From: Steroidobacteraceae bacterium
GTDB taxonomy: Bacteria; Pseudomonadota; Gammaproteobacteria; Steroidobacterales; Steroidobacteraceae
Direction: 5' to 3'
DNA length: 64,000 nucleotides
Assembly (NCBI GenBank): GCA_035934055.1
Contig: DASYYF010000022.1
Span: 4,877 to 68,876, forward strand
Shown: piece after piece, positions 17,263 to 26,970 of the stretch
Layout: every line of letters starts with the position of its first letter
Position numbering within the stretch: position 1 is the first letter of the stretch
The notes under the pieces: model-generated
Told to the model about the DNA's origin: nothing
The model's database searches: none
The model's input: the letters and a program-made list of their open reading frames with translations, nothing else
Made by a program: the position numbers and the translations under genes

Positions 17263-19035
17263 CTACATGTGGTGCGGACGCCAGCCGGCAGGTTTCTGCG
17301 CCTCGTGCCCGTGCGGGACGTTGAGCGGCACTCCCTGGATGTGATCGTCCGGGATCGTGGGCGTCAACTTCGGCAGGTTGTGGGCCCGCTCCTGCGTCAC
17401 CGCCTCGAAGCCCGACGCCAATGCGATCAGCTTCGGCTCGCTGAAGGCGGTGCCGAAGAAAGTGATGCCGAGGGGAATGCCGAACACGTCGGCTGCCGGC
17501 ACCTGCACGTACGGGTAGCCGCCCGGAGCGCTGAGCCCCGAGCTGCCGAAGACGAAGTGATCGCCGTAGAGCAGGTCCGTCGACCACGCCGGGTTGTCGG
17601 TCGGCGCCACCACGGCATCGAGATTGTACGTGGAAAGCGCGAGGTCGACGCCGTTGACCACCGCCGCCTGATCCATCGCAAGCGCCTGATTGTAGGTCGT
17701 GCCGACGGGCACGCCGAGGTTGGGATCGGTCTGCGGGGTGTTGGCGCCGGGGAGCAGCGCCTGCGTCTCGGTGAAGATTTCCTGGCCCCAGAAGGGCATC
17801 TCGGCGTCGGCGTTGGCGTTATCGAACGCGATCGCATCCGCGAGCGTTCCACCCGCCACCGGCACCCCGACACGCGTGGCGAGGTAGCTCTGCAGGTCGC
17901 CCTTGAAGTCGAACTCCAGGACCAGGAGCTCGCCCGCAGCCGGCGGGAAGGTGAAGGCCGGCGAGACGTCGGCGTCCGGACCGTCGAGCTGGATGACGGT
18001 CGCTCCCGCCGCCTTGAGAGCCGCCAGCACGGACTCGAAGGCCGCAACCACCGGCGCGGGTGCGTTGTCGATCCCCTGCCGGGTGACGCCGAGACGCGCA
18101 CCCATGAGTCCCTTCGGGTTGAGGAACTGCGTGTAGTCGCTCGGTATGTTTGCCGGCCGGGTGAAACGTCCCTGCCAGGCGAGCGGCACGCCGCCGGTGG
18201 CCGGATCGCGGCCGTCGGACGTCCGGCTCTGGATCACGCCGAGCGCCGCCGCGGCGTCGGCGACCGTGCGCCCATGGGGACCGACGGTGTCCTGGGTGTG
18301 GGAGATCGGCACCACGCCCGCGCGGCTCGTGAGACCGACCGTGGGCTTGATGCCGACCACGCCGTTGGCGTTGGCGGGACAGACGATGCTGCCATCGGTC
18401 TCCGTGCCGAAGGACACGGCTGCAAAGTTGGCCGAGACCGCGGCGCCCGAGCCCGAGCTCGAGCCGCAGGGGTTGCGATCGAGCCCATAGGGGTTGTGGG
18501 TCTGTCCGCCGACCGCCGACCAGCCGCTGACCGAGAAGAAGGAGCGGAAGTTGGCCCACTCGGACAGGTTGGTCTTGCCGAGGATGACCGCGCCCCCGGC
18601 CCGCAGGTTGGCGGCGACGGTGGAGTCATGCAGCGCCGGGGTGCCCTGCAGCGCGAGCGAGCCCGCGGTCGTCTGCATCCTGTCGCCCGTGTCGATGTTG
18701 GCCTTGAGCAGCACCGGTATGCCGTGCAGCGGCCCGAGCACCTTGCCCTGCCGCCGCAGCGCATCGGCCTGACGCGCGATGGCGATGGCGTCGGGGTTCA
18801 GCTCGATGAGCGAGTTGACTCCGACGCCCGGGCCGCCGCTGTCGAGCTGCGAGATGCGGCTGATGTAGGCGCGCGTCAGCTGCTCGGAGGTCAGCGTCCC
18901 GGCGGCCATCTGCGCCTCGAGCTGGGCAACCGTCGCCTCGAGAAACGGAAAGGTGCTGTTGTTCTGGGCGGGCGCTGCGAGCGGCGCCAGCAGCAGTGCC
19001 GTTGCGAGAATCGATCGGACCGTCCGCGATGTCAT
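17263..19035 (-). CDS. Secreted amidase (amidase-signature family)
   Basis: GKTNLSEWANFRS and GGSSSGSGAAVSANFAAVSFGTETDGSIVCPA (AS signature). Signal peptide ILATALLLAPLAAPAQ. Confidence 0.9.
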   Translation of the reverse strand: MTSRTVRSILATALLLAPLAAPAQNNSTFPFLEATVAQLEAQMAAGTLTSEQLTRAYISRISQLDSGGPGVGVNSLIELNPDAIAIARQADALRRQGKVLGPLHGIPVLLKANIDTGDRMQTTAGSLALQGTPALHDSTVAANLRAGGAVILGKTNLSEWANFRSFFSVSGWSAVGGQTHNPYGLDRNPCGSSSGSGAAVSANFAAVSFGTETDGSIVCPANANGVVGIKPTVGLTSRAGVVPISHTQDTVGPHGRTVADAAAALGVIQSRTSDGRDPATGGVPLAWQGRFTRPANIPSDYTQFLNPKGLMGARLGVTRQGIDNAPAPVVAAFESVLAALKAAGATVIQLDGPDADVSPAFTFPPAAGELLVLEFDFKGDLQSYLATRVGVPVAGGTLADAIAFDNANADAEMPFWGQEIFTETQALLPGANTPQTDPNLGVPVGTTYNQALAMDQAAVVNGVDLALSTYNLDAVVAPTDNPAWSTDLLYGDHFVFGSSGLSAPGGYPYVQVPAADVFGIPLGITFFGTAFSEPKLIALASGFEAVTQERAHNLPKLTPTIPDDHIQGVPLNVPHGHEAQKPAGWRPHHM

Positions 19036-19321
19036 ACGGCTCCTCCTCCCTGCACCGACCCCGTCATGACTCGTAGCGGCATGTTGGATCGGTCGCGAGG
19101 GCGCGCATCCTACGCGCGCGACATTTCAACTTCAATGGCGCGGAGTCGCGCGCGCTGCGGTCGGATCAGCGATCGGCGTTCCCGCGCGAGCCACATGCCG
19201 TCCCACACGTGTAGCTGCGCATCGACGCCCGCCTCGGCGAGGGCCGACCGTGTCGCGAACCGCGAGCTCGCCATGAAATCGCGTGCGGGAACGCGGGCGG
19301 CGGCCCGCGCAGGTCCGCGGC

Positions 19322-20962
19322 TCAGGGCTCCCCGGTCGTCGGATCGAGGAACAGCCGGCGGTCCTCGCCGCGCTCATCGAAGTCGAACATGTTGAGCAGC
19401 GAGCCGGCGATCCGGTCGTAGGATCCGCCGCCGAGCCGGCCCGTCTCCCAGTTGTCCTCGATGAAGCGCAGCACCGAGCTCTGATCGGCGAGCGTGTGGT
19501 CGACGAAGTTGCGCCGGGCGAGCGGCGAGATCACCACGAGCGGCATGCGCGGCCCGTAGCCGCAGCGGCCGGGAATGCCCGCCATCGCCGCGCCGTGGCC
19601 GCACACGCCGGCGCCATTCAGCTGATCGCTGTCGTTCACGGGACCGGTAAGCGCCGAGGGGTTGACGATCGGCGACATCTGGTGGTCGTACCAGCCGTCG
19701 GAGTCATCGTACAGGATGACGATCGCGGTGCTGCGCCACTGGGGCGAGCTCATCAGGGCGTTGACGGTCTTCACCAGGAACGGCTGCTCGAGCAGCGGGT
19801 CGGAATAGCCCGCGTGGCCGTCCTGCGCGGCGATCGCCTTGAGGAAGCTCACCGCCGGCAGGCGGCCCTGCGCGAGCGCGTCGAAGAAGTCATGCAGGTC
19901 GTACTGGTGATTTGCCCCGCCGTCGTCGCCGGTGCCGATGGAGTCGAGCGATTTCGGACGCTCATGCGTCGGGTTTGCGGTGGAGGCGAAGTACTGGAAG
20001 AAAGCATGATGCGGGATGTAATCCGCGGTCGGCCCGCCGTTCGCGGCCGTCGCCGGGCTCGAGCGCCTGCAGCCGGTCGTGCCGTTCGCATTGGTAACCG
20101 TCAGGTCGAAGCCTCCCATGAAGGCGCCCCAGGTGACGCCCTTGGCATTCAGCAGGTCGCCGATGTTGGGTGCGGCGATCCTGACGGTAGCGCCCGCAGA
20201 GCACACATCCCCCGTGGGATCCAGGTCGCCGACCAGCGTACCGGGACCCGAGCTGTCGGGCACGACCTTGGGCGTCGCGGCGCTCGCAGTGGCGGCGAAG
20301 GTCGTGCCGGCCACCAGATTGAGCACGCCCGGTGTCGAGGGCCCGAAGGTCGTTCCGTAGGAGTTATCGTTCATGGCGAACTGCTGCGCGTAGTTCCACA
20401 GCGCCGTGACGGTGTTGCCGTCGAAGTAGCCCATGACGATGCCCTGGCCCTTGCCGTAGGCGAACCGGGCGGCGCAGAAGCCGCTCGCGCCCTGGCCGAC
20501 GCTCGCCGGAAACATGTCCATCAGGCCGCCGTCGAAGGCCTGCTGCTCGGCACCGTAGTTGTGGTCCTGGTCGCAGGTCGAGGCCTGCGAGCGATCGAGC
20601 CGGAAAGGGTTGATGGCGTTCGCGCCGTTGCCGGGGTTGTTGGCGTTCGGGTTGTGGGTGAGCAGCTCGCCCTCCGGCAGTCCATCCGCCAGCGTGCCGA
20701 GCCCGTTGACGGACGGCGTGTCATCGCTCCCGTGGAAGCGCGGCTCGCCGGGCGGATTGAGCGCGACGGGGTAAGTTGCGAAGTAGTGATCGAACGAGAC
20801 GTTCTCCTGAAAGATGACCACCAGATGCTCGATGGGCGTGGTGGTCTGGGGACTCCAGCTTGCGGCGGGGTCCGCGTGGCTCATGGCGACGCCCGCAACG
20901 AGGGCGATTCCCAGCGTGCGCGCGAGGCGGCTGACCGCGACGCGGCTGCGATGATCTGACAT
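19322..20962 (-). CDS. Phosphoesterase family protein (AcpA acid phosphatase / non-haemolytic phospholipase C type)
   Basis: IEHLVVIFQENVSFDHYFATYP, then AIVILYDDSDGWYDH. ATG 20962 gives a signal peptide. The track ORF starts 75 nt further upstream. Confidence 0.85.
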   Translation of the reverse strand: MSDHRSRVAVSRLARTLGIALVAGVAMSHADPAASWSPQTTTPIEHLVVIFQENVSFDHYFATYPVALNPPGEPRFHGSDDTPSVNGLGTLADGLPEGELLTHNPNANNPGNGANAINPFRLDRSQASTCDQDHNYGAEQQAFDGGLMDMFPASVGQGASGFCAARFAYGKGQGIVMGYFDGNTVTALWNYAQQFAMNDNSYGTTFGPSTPGVLNLVAGTTFAATASAATPKVVPDSSGPGTLVGDLDPTGDVCSAGATVRIAAPNIGDLLNAKGVTWGAFMGGFDLTVTNANGTTGCRRSSPATAANGGPTADYIPHHAFFQYFASTANPTHERPKSLDSIGTGDDGGANHQYDLHDFFDALAQGRLPAVSFLKAIAAQDGHAGYSDPLLEQPFLVKTVNALMSSPQWRSTAIVILYDDSDGWYDHQMSPIVNPSALTGPVNDSDQLNGAGVCGHGAAMAGIPGRCGYGPRMPLVVISPLARRNFVDHTLADQSSVLRFIEDNWETGRLGGGSYDRIAGSLLNMFDFDERGEDRRLFLDPTTGEP

Positions 20963-21035
20963 GGCTGATTTCTCCGGGGGCGGCTGTCGGGCTGCGCTTC
21001 CTGTGTGAGCGCACCCAGCAAGCTGCCACCGGCAC

Positions 21036-21064
21036 ATGACGGATCAGTGATGCATCGGTGACCC
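21036..21064 (-). promoter_or_regulatory. Candidate PhoB-type Pho box (three 7-bp direct repeats at 11-bp periodicity)
   Basis: The minus strand reads GGGTCAC-cgat-GCATCAC-tgat-CCGTCAT, 74-102 nt upstream of the phosphoesterase ATG. Compare the E. coli consensus CTGTCAT-N4-CTGTCAT. Confidence 0.45.
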
Positions 21065-21144
21065 TTGGGTGAAGCGATCGATGCCGCACACCGGGCCGTC
21101 CACGAGATCGTCGGATAGCGGTGCGCGGCTGCGCCGCCGGGCGG

Positions 21145-21390
21145 TTACCCCGGTTCGATGCGCATGAGCTTGGTGCGGCCGGACGCCCCGCTCTTGATGG
21201 AAACGGCGCTCTTCGGACGGCGGAAGTGACCGGCCACCAGCTCAATCAGCTCGCTGTTCGCGCGGCCTTCGGTTGCCGGCGATCTGACCCTGGCCAGCCA
21301 GCTGCCGTCGGGCAGCCGTTCGAGCGAGGTCTCCCGCGCGTGCGGCTTGACCTTGACGCGAATGATGGTCGGCGCCGTCGCCCCCGGCAT
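21145..21390 (-). CDS. DUF167 (YggU-like) family protein
   Basis: IIRVKVKPHARETSLERLPDGSWLARVRSPATEGRANSELIELVAGHF. Its ATG shares one base with the upstream TGA (ATGA). Confidence 0.7.
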   Translation of the reverse strand: MPGATAPTIIRVKVKPHARETSLERLPDGSWLARVRSPATEGRANSELIELVAGHFRRPKSAVSIKSGASGRTKLMRIEPG

Positions 21391-22463
21391 CAGCGGTCGC
21401 GCGGCCGCGCGGCGTCCCGATAGCCGACAAACACGTGCTTCGGGATCATGCAGTGCACTCCCTTGCGGATGTCGACTACCTGGGTGACGCGGCAATCGCC
21501 GACGATCGAGGTGAGCGCGTAGGCCTCCTCGCGGCTCATCGGCACGATCCGCTGGCTCGCCAGCCAGTTGACGGTCTGCTCGACCGCGATCTTCATCGCC
21601 TGGTTCAGGTCCTCGTCGTAGCCCATGAAGACCCAGTCGGTCCTGGTCTCGGCCCACGGCCACTCGGTCTTCAGGTCCTTGCGGACGATGGGCTGGATCT
21701 CGATCTCCTTGTAGGCGCACTCGAGCGCGGTCAGATTGACTTCGCCGTTTCCCTGCCGGCAGTGGGAATCGCCGGTCCAGATGAGCCCGCCCGGCTGAAA
21801 CACCGGCAGATAGAGAGTCGAGCCCGCCTGCAGCTCGTTGAGATCCATGTTGGAGCCGTTCTTCCACGGCCGCAGCGTGCTGGTGCGTCCCTTGGCGTCA
21901 CGGATCGGCGGCCCGGCCTTCGGCGGCGGCTCGTTCGGATCCACTCCGACGGCAAACGTGCCGGGAAAGGGCTTGACATCGATCACGATCCCCGGCTTGA
22001 ACTCCGTCTGCATCTTCGCGAGATCGAGCTTGTAGTAGCGCACGAAGCCCTCGGGAAACTGCGCGGCCAGCAGTCCCACCGTCGGGAACTCCTTGCCCGG
22101 CAGGTTGAAGTTGAAGGCGTCCGCCTTCGGGACGATCTTGAGAATGTGAATCTCGAGCGTGTCCCCGGGCTCGGCGCCCGTGACGAAGATCGGTCCGGTG
22201 ATCGAGTGCGGGCCGCCGCCGTCGTTCTCCTTGCGGAGCTTGACGATCTCATCCATGTCGGCGCCGGGCTTGATCTGGCCCAGCGAGTGGGAAATCGTCT
22301 CGATGGAGATCGTATCGCCCGAGTCGACGGTCAGCCGCGGTTTCTCGGTCGTGTCGTACCAGCCCCATTGCACATTGTCGGGCGTGGCGGGCAGGGAATA
22401 GTGGTGCGCCTCAGCGAGCGGAACACAGGCGAGTGTCGCGAGCAGGGCGATTGCTGTTCTCAT
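21390..22463 (-). CDS. Acetamidase/formamidase family protein with signal peptide
   Basis: GSTLYLPVFQPGGLIWTGDSHCRQGNGEVNLTALE. ATG 22463 gives MRTAIALLATLACVPLAEA. The track ORF extends to 22811. Confidence 0.85.
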   Translation of the reverse strand: MRTAIALLATLACVPLAEAHHYSLPATPDNVQWGWYDTTEKPRLTVDSGDTISIETISHSLGQIKPGADMDEIVKLRKENDGGGPHSITGPIFVTGAEPGDTLEIHILKIVPKADAFNFNLPGKEFPTVGLLAAQFPEGFVRYYKLDLAKMQTEFKPGIVIDVKPFPGTFAVGVDPNEPPPKAGPPIRDAKGRTSTLRPWKNGSNMDLNELQAGSTLYLPVFQPGGLIWTGDSHCRQGNGEVNLTALECAYKEIEIQPIVRKDLKTEWPWAETRTDWVFMGYDEDLNQAMKIAVEQTVNWLASQRIVPMSREEAYALTSIVGDCRVTQVVDIRKGVHCMIPKHVFVGYRDAARPRDR

Positions 22464-22510
22464 GGCGGGCTCCCGTGCGGCCAGGGTCGGCCGCCGCCAT
22501 GATAGGCCAG

Positions 22511-23299
22511 TTATCGGACCGGGGTGTGCGCTACGGTGACCGGCGGCGGCTCGAGATAGAAGGAGTACTGGGCCAGGCAGCTGCGCAGGAAGCTCCACGC
22601 GTCGTACCCCGCGCCGCGCAACACCGGGCGGTGCGTGAGCCATACGACGCTTGCGGTGCCGAGAAAGAATGCGCCGTGCGTCAGACGCATCAGGGCGCGC
22701 ACCGGCGCGGGGCGGCGCGCGCGCAGCGCGAGCAGCAGCTGCGACTCGAAACCGACGTGGGCGAGCTCCTCGCACACGAGAACCCGGCAAAGCACCTTGA
22801 GGCGCTGGCACCCGCTCGCAGCCTCGAGCGCCCGGTAGTAGACCTTGCCGATCAGCTCGGCGCAGATGAAGACATGCAGGTACAGCTCGAGACCCGCGAG
22901 CCGCCGCACGAGGCGAAATACCCGGTCGGTCCAGTCGCGGCTCTTGAGCGCGATACCGTGGTCCTGCATGAAGGCGGCGAGCAGCGCCGCGTGCCGCTGC
23001 TCCTCGCGAACGAACAGCTCGAAGAGCCGCACCAGCGACGGCATGCCGTGAGCGCGCGCGAAGCGCTCCGCGGCCCGCGCCAGCGTGCCGCCCTCGGACT
23101 GCTCGCCGAGCTGGAAGGTGGCGATCGAGCCTGCGATGCGCCGGCGCTCTTCCGCCGTCAGGTGGTCGGAGAGACCCGACGGGATGTGCCGGGAATGCTG
23201 CGCGTGGTATTCGAAGTGATTCAGCCAGATCCGCAGATCGTCGGAGCCCATGCCGTCGCCCTCCTCAGTCCCTGGGTGCTCTGGAGTCTGGGAGCTCAT
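22511..23299 (-). CDS. Ferritin-like (diiron ExxH) domain protein
   Basis: Two E..H motifs (FVREEQRHAALL and VCEELAHVGF) in a helical protein. The start at 23299 is tentative. Confidence 0.55.
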   Translation of the reverse strand: MSSQTPEHPGTEEGDGMGSDDLRIWLNHFEYHAQHSRHIPSGLSDHLTAEERRRIAGSIATFQLGEQSEGGTLARAAERFARAHGMPSLVRLFELFVREEQRHAALLAAFMQDHGIALKSRDWTDRVFRLVRRLAGLELYLHVFICAELIGKVYYRALEAASGCQRLKVLCRVLVCEELAHVGFESQLLLALRARRPAPVRALMRLTHGAFFLGTASVVWLTHRPVLRGAGYDAWSFLRSCLAQYSFYLEPPPVTVAHTPVR

Positions 23300-23477
23300 T
23301 CGGGTGATGCCGTGGCGCGATTCGGGCAGATTCGGGCAGCGTGAGCTTGGCGGGACGCAAGGCCCCGGCAGCGCTAGCCTTTCTCCCGGTGCGGTACGCG
23401 GCAATGAGCGTCGTAGGCGCCCAGGCCCCCGCCACAGTGGCCCCCCCGTGCCGAAATGCGCGACGATAGGCAAAGCC

Positions 23478-24428
23478 ATGAACAAGAAAGCGACGAGCGT
23501 GCCGGCGATTCTGGCGCTGCTTGCGGCGTTGCAGCCGCAACCCGGGCGCGCGGCGGCCGCAACCACTACGGCGCAACCCGCGCCGGCCGATTTCCAGCTG
23601 GCGCCGAAGATGGGCCAGAACGACGTGCAGCAATGGTTCGACCGCCACGAGTGCGACAGCTGGGCGAGGCAGCAAACCGGCTACGATGCGAGCGGGGAGC
23701 AGGAGAGCGCCGCGCAGGCGGCGGCGGGCAAAGAATATGTGCGCGCGATGACGGCCTGTCTGATCCAGCGCGATTATGAGGTTCGCTACGCGCCGGAGCC
23801 GCCGCCGCCCTCGCCGCCGCCCTACGTACCGCCGCGCGCGGAGCCGTCCGTGCGCGAGCTGCGCGCTCGCGTGCTCTCCGCGGACTTAGGGGGCGGCTAC
23901 AGCCTCCCAACCGGGTCGTCGGCGGACTACGTTCACGGAGGTGCCCATGCGGGCGCCGCGCTCGACTGGTTTCCGAGCGCCGCGCTGCCGGTCGGGCTGC
24001 GGCTTGCAGGAAACTACATCTGGCTCAAGCCCGGCGGTCAGCTGTTTGCGCTCAACGGCGTCGGCTACAACAGGGGGGAGCAGAACCTTTACGGGGGCGA
24101 CGTCGACCTGCGGCTGAACCTGGCGCGCTTTCCCACCCGGCAACAGTTGTATCTCGTGGCGGGCCTCGGTTGGTATCGTATCGACACGACCCTGCAGAAA
24201 GTCGCGGGAGTCAGGCAATGCGGGGTGAACTACTGCGCGATATTCCAGACGCTGCTCGCGCAGGAGCACGACACCAGCCCCGTGGAATCCGCCTGGAATG
24301 CCGGCCTCGGATGGGAGATTGCGCTTGACAGCCACACCGCGTTCTTCCTCGAGGCGGGCTACCGGCACATTCGTCGCGAAGGCGGGAGCTTGCAGCTGGT
24401 ACCGATCTCGCTCGGACTGCGGTTCTGA
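23478..24428 (+). CDS. Outer-membrane beta-barrel protein with Pro-rich linker
   Basis: Signal peptide MNKKATSVPAILALLAALQP. PPPPSPPPYVPP linker. Alternating-strand C-terminal half ending in ...LQLVPISLGLRF (terminal Phe). Confidence 0.6.
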   Translation: MNKKATSVPAILALLAALQPQPGRAAAATTTAQPAPADFQLAPKMGQNDVQQWFDRHECDSWARQQTGYDASGEQESAAQAAAGKEYVRAMTACLIQRDYEVRYAPEPPPPSPPPYVPPRAEPSVRELRARVLSADLGGGYSLPTGSSADYVHGGAHAGAALDWFPSAALPVGLRLAGNYIWLKPGGQLFALNGVGYNRGEQNLYGGDVDLRLNLARFPTRQQLYLVAGLGWYRIDTTLQKVAGVRQCGVNYCAIFQTLLAQEHDTSPVESAWNAGLGWEIALDSHTAFFLEAGYRHIRREGGSLQLVPISLGLRF

Positions 24429-24459
24429 GTGCCCGCGCGCCGGGCGAGAGCAACCGGTG

Positions 24460-26298
24460 ATGCGGCGCCTCGCCGTTGCAGCTGTCGCCAACGCCGCCCT
24501 CGCAACGCTCGCCGCGACGAGCCTCGCCCAAACTGAGGCACCGGCCGCCACTTCGGCCGATCCGTGGTGCCGGTCGACGCCCGAGCCCGCCTTCTGCCAT
24601 GCCGTGCGCGGCGTGCGCGCCTACGGCTGGCCGGCGCAGAGCCGCTCCGAAGTCATGGCCGCGAACGGCATGGTGGTCACGAGCCAGCCGCTCGCGGCGC
24701 AAGCCGGCCTCGAGGTGCTGCGGCGCGGCGGAAATGCGGTCGATGCCGCGGTAGCCACGGCCGGCGTGCTGAGCATCACCGAGCCCATGATGGTCGGAGT
24801 CGCGTCCGATCTTTTCGCGGTCGTCTACATCGCAAGGGACCACAAGGTATACGTGCTGAATGCCAGTGGCACGGCGCCAACGGGCGCCACGCTCGCGCAC
24901 CTGAACGAGCTCGGCTACCGCTTCGACCCGAAGAACTGGGGGCCGGCCTCGGGCATGCCGCCGGGCGGCATCCTGCCGGTCACCGTGCCGGGCGCGGTGT
25001 GGGGATGGCAGGCGGTGCTCGAGCGGTTCGGCACGCTCACCTTCAAGGAGGTGCTCGAGGCCGCGGCCCGCTATGCCCGGGATGGCTTCCCGGTCTCCGA
25101 GCGCATCGCGGGCGACTGGGTGCTGCCGAAAGCGCTGCCGCTGCGAGGTTGCTGCACCGCGCTCGATCCCGACTCCGTGAAGGTGTGGTATGTGAACGGG
25201 CGCCCGCCCGCGCCAGGGCAGATCTTCAGGAACCCGGACCTCGCGCGCACCTTCCGCCTGCTTCAGGCCCAGGGCGCCGAAGTCTTCTATAAAGGAGAGA
25301 TTGCCCGGGCCATCGTCGCGAAGTCCCGGGCGCTCGGCGGCACGATGACGCTCGAGGACCTCGCCGGCTATCGCGGCGAATGGGTCGAGCCGGCCCACTC
25401 CCGCTATCACGGCTACGACGTGCTGGAATTGCCGCCGCCGTCCCAGGCCTGGGCCGCGGGCGAAATGCTCAATATCCTCGAGCAGTGCCTGCCGAAGTGG
25501 GCGCCGGGGGAGACGCTGGCAGCGCTCGGCCCGAGAAGCGCGCAGTACTGGCACATGCTCATCGAGGCGAAGAAGCTCGCCTACGCGGATCTCTTCCGGT
25601 ACAACGCCGATCCGGATCGCGTGAGTGTTCCGCTCGCGCACCTGCTGTCGCCCGCGCACGCCGCGTCGCTGTGCGCGAAGTTCGACCCCCACCATGCCTC
25701 CGCGACCGGTCCGCCGAGCGGCGCGGATCTCGAGGGCGACACCATCGTCCTCTCCACGGCGGACAAGGACGGCAACATGGTGTCGTGGGTGAACAGCAAC
25801 TACAACGAGTTCGGCTCAGGCCTCACGGTGCCCGGCTACGGCTTCGTGCTGCACAACCGCGGCACCCTGTTCACCCTCGACCCGAAGAGCCCGAACGTGA
25901 TCGCGCCTCACAAGCGGCCGTTCAACACGCTGTCGGCGGGGCTCCTGATGCGTGACGGCGAGCCCGTGATGACCGTGACGCTCATGGGCGGCGATATGCA
26001 GGCCCAGGGGCACGCGCAGCTGCTCGTCGACGTCATCGACCTCGGCGCCAACGTGCAGGCCGCGGCGGATATGGCGCGGTTCCGGCACAGCGAGGTCTCG
26101 AACCTGCTGACGCTCGAATCCCCGCTCTACGATCTGGTCGGCCCGGCGCTCGGGGCGATGGGTCACAGGGTCGAGTCGGTCGGCGGCGCGGAGGTCGGAG
26201 GTGTGCAGGTGATCCAGGTCGTGCCGACCGATGCGGGGATGCGCTACTACGGCGGCGCCTCCGATTTCAGGAAGGACGGGCAGGCGGCCGGGTGGTGA
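24460..26298 (+). CDS. ggt: Gamma-glutamyltransferase
   Basis: MVVTSQPLAAQAGLEVLRRGGNAVDAAVA... and the nucleophile region DTIVLSTADKDGNMVSWVNSNYNEFGSGLTVPGYGFVLHNRG. Signal peptide. Confidence 0.9.
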   Translation: MRRLAVAAVANAALATLAATSLAQTEAPAATSADPWCRSTPEPAFCHAVRGVRAYGWPAQSRSEVMAANGMVVTSQPLAAQAGLEVLRRGGNAVDAAVATAGVLSITEPMMVGVASDLFAVVYIARDHKVYVLNASGTAPTGATLAHLNELGYRFDPKNWGPASGMPPGGILPVTVPGAVWGWQAVLERFGTLTFKEVLEAAARYARDGFPVSERIAGDWVLPKALPLRGCCTALDPDSVKVWYVNGRPPAPGQIFRNPDLARTFRLLQAQGAEVFYKGEIARAIVAKSRALGGTMTLEDLAGYRGEWVEPAHSRYHGYDVLELPPPSQAWAAGEMLNILEQCLPKWAPGETLAALGPRSAQYWHMLIEAKKLAYADLFRYNADPDRVSVPLAHLLSPAHAASLCAKFDPHHASATGPPSGADLEGDTIVLSTADKDGNMVSWVNSNYNEFGSGLTVPGYGFVLHNRGTLFTLDPKSPNVIAPHKRPFNTLSAGLLMRDGEPVMTVTLMGGDMQAQGHAQLLVDVIDLGANVQAAADMARFRHSEVSNLLTLESPLYDLVGPALGAMGHRVESVGGAEVGGVQVIQVVPTDAGMRYYGGASDFRKDGQAAGW

Positions 26299-26340
26299 CG
26301 GCCTCGATGCGGGAAGTGCGCCGGTTGACGGAACCCGGCC

Positions 26341-26826
26341 TCACGGCTGCGGGCGGTCGCATTCCGCGTAGAAGCGCTCGAGGACCGCCCGTTGGCCCGG
26401 CGCGATCTTGCGCAGGGCCGCTGCCCGCTCGAACCATGCGCCGCGGTCTGCCTCCGGGAACTGCTGCCTGCGGCCCGAGCGGGGCGGCCACTCCATATCG
26501 AAGAGGTTGCTGCGCAATGCCGCGGCGTCGCAGTTCCCCTCGACCGCCCACACGTGCAGGAGCTTGCCGCTCGGCAGGCGAAAGCTCCCGAGCGGATGCT
26601 CGGAGCCTGCCGTGGGAGCATCGAAGCCCGTCTCTTCCTCGAACTCACGGCGCGCGCACGCGAGCTCGTCCTCGCCGGCGTCGACGAGGCCTTTCGGGAC
26701 GGACCACGCACCCTCGTCCTTGCGCGCCCAATAGGGTCCGCCGGGGTGCACCAGAAACACCTGCGCGCCGAGACTGGTCCGGCGATAGAGCAAAATCCCC
26801 GCGCTCACTTGCGGCACTGGCGGCAC
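26341..26826 (-). CDS. NUDIX hydrolase
   Basis: Nudix box GLVDAGEDELACARREFEEETGF. GTG start. Confidence 0.85.
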   Translation of the reverse strand: MPPVPQVSAGILLYRRTSLGAQVFLVHPGGPYWARKDEGAWSVPKGLVDAGEDELACARREFEEETGFDAPTAGSEHPLGSFRLPSGKLLHVWAVEGNCDAAALRSNLFDMEWPPRSGRRQQFPEADRGAWFERAAALRKIAPGQRAVLERFYAECDRPQP

Positions 26827-26883
26827 CTCGCTGACCAGGGCGAGTCTGCACCTCGCCCTCCCCGGCCCGCCAACGGATTACAC

Positions 26884-26928
26884 GTGCCGGTATACGTAGC
26901 GGCGCGTATGTCGCGCCACGCGGGGCGG
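26884..26928. promoter_or_regulatory. Conserved ~45-bp intergenic element, copy 1 (divergent NUDIX / HhH-FtsH promoters)
   Basis: GTGCCGGTATACGTAGCGGCGCGTATGTCGCGCCACGCGGGGCGG. It shares blocks GTGCCGGTA, TACGTA, TAYGTCGC and CGCGGGGCG with 31226..31270 and ends 43 nt before the + strand start codon. Confidence 0.4.
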
Positions 26929-26970
26929 TTGCATGCTGCCCCGAGCCGCTGCCGCCGGGACTGAAAAGGC

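Noticed and set aside
19128-19321. Short open frame after the phosphoesterase stop. It translates to ...FATRSALAEAGVDAQLHVWDGMW..., reminiscent of the C-terminus of alpha/beta-hydrolase esterases, so it could be a gene remnant.
   Set aside because: There are only about 20 residues of vague resemblance, the catalytic His context is not intact, and the frame is below the ORF-track size cut-off. It cannot be supported without a database search.
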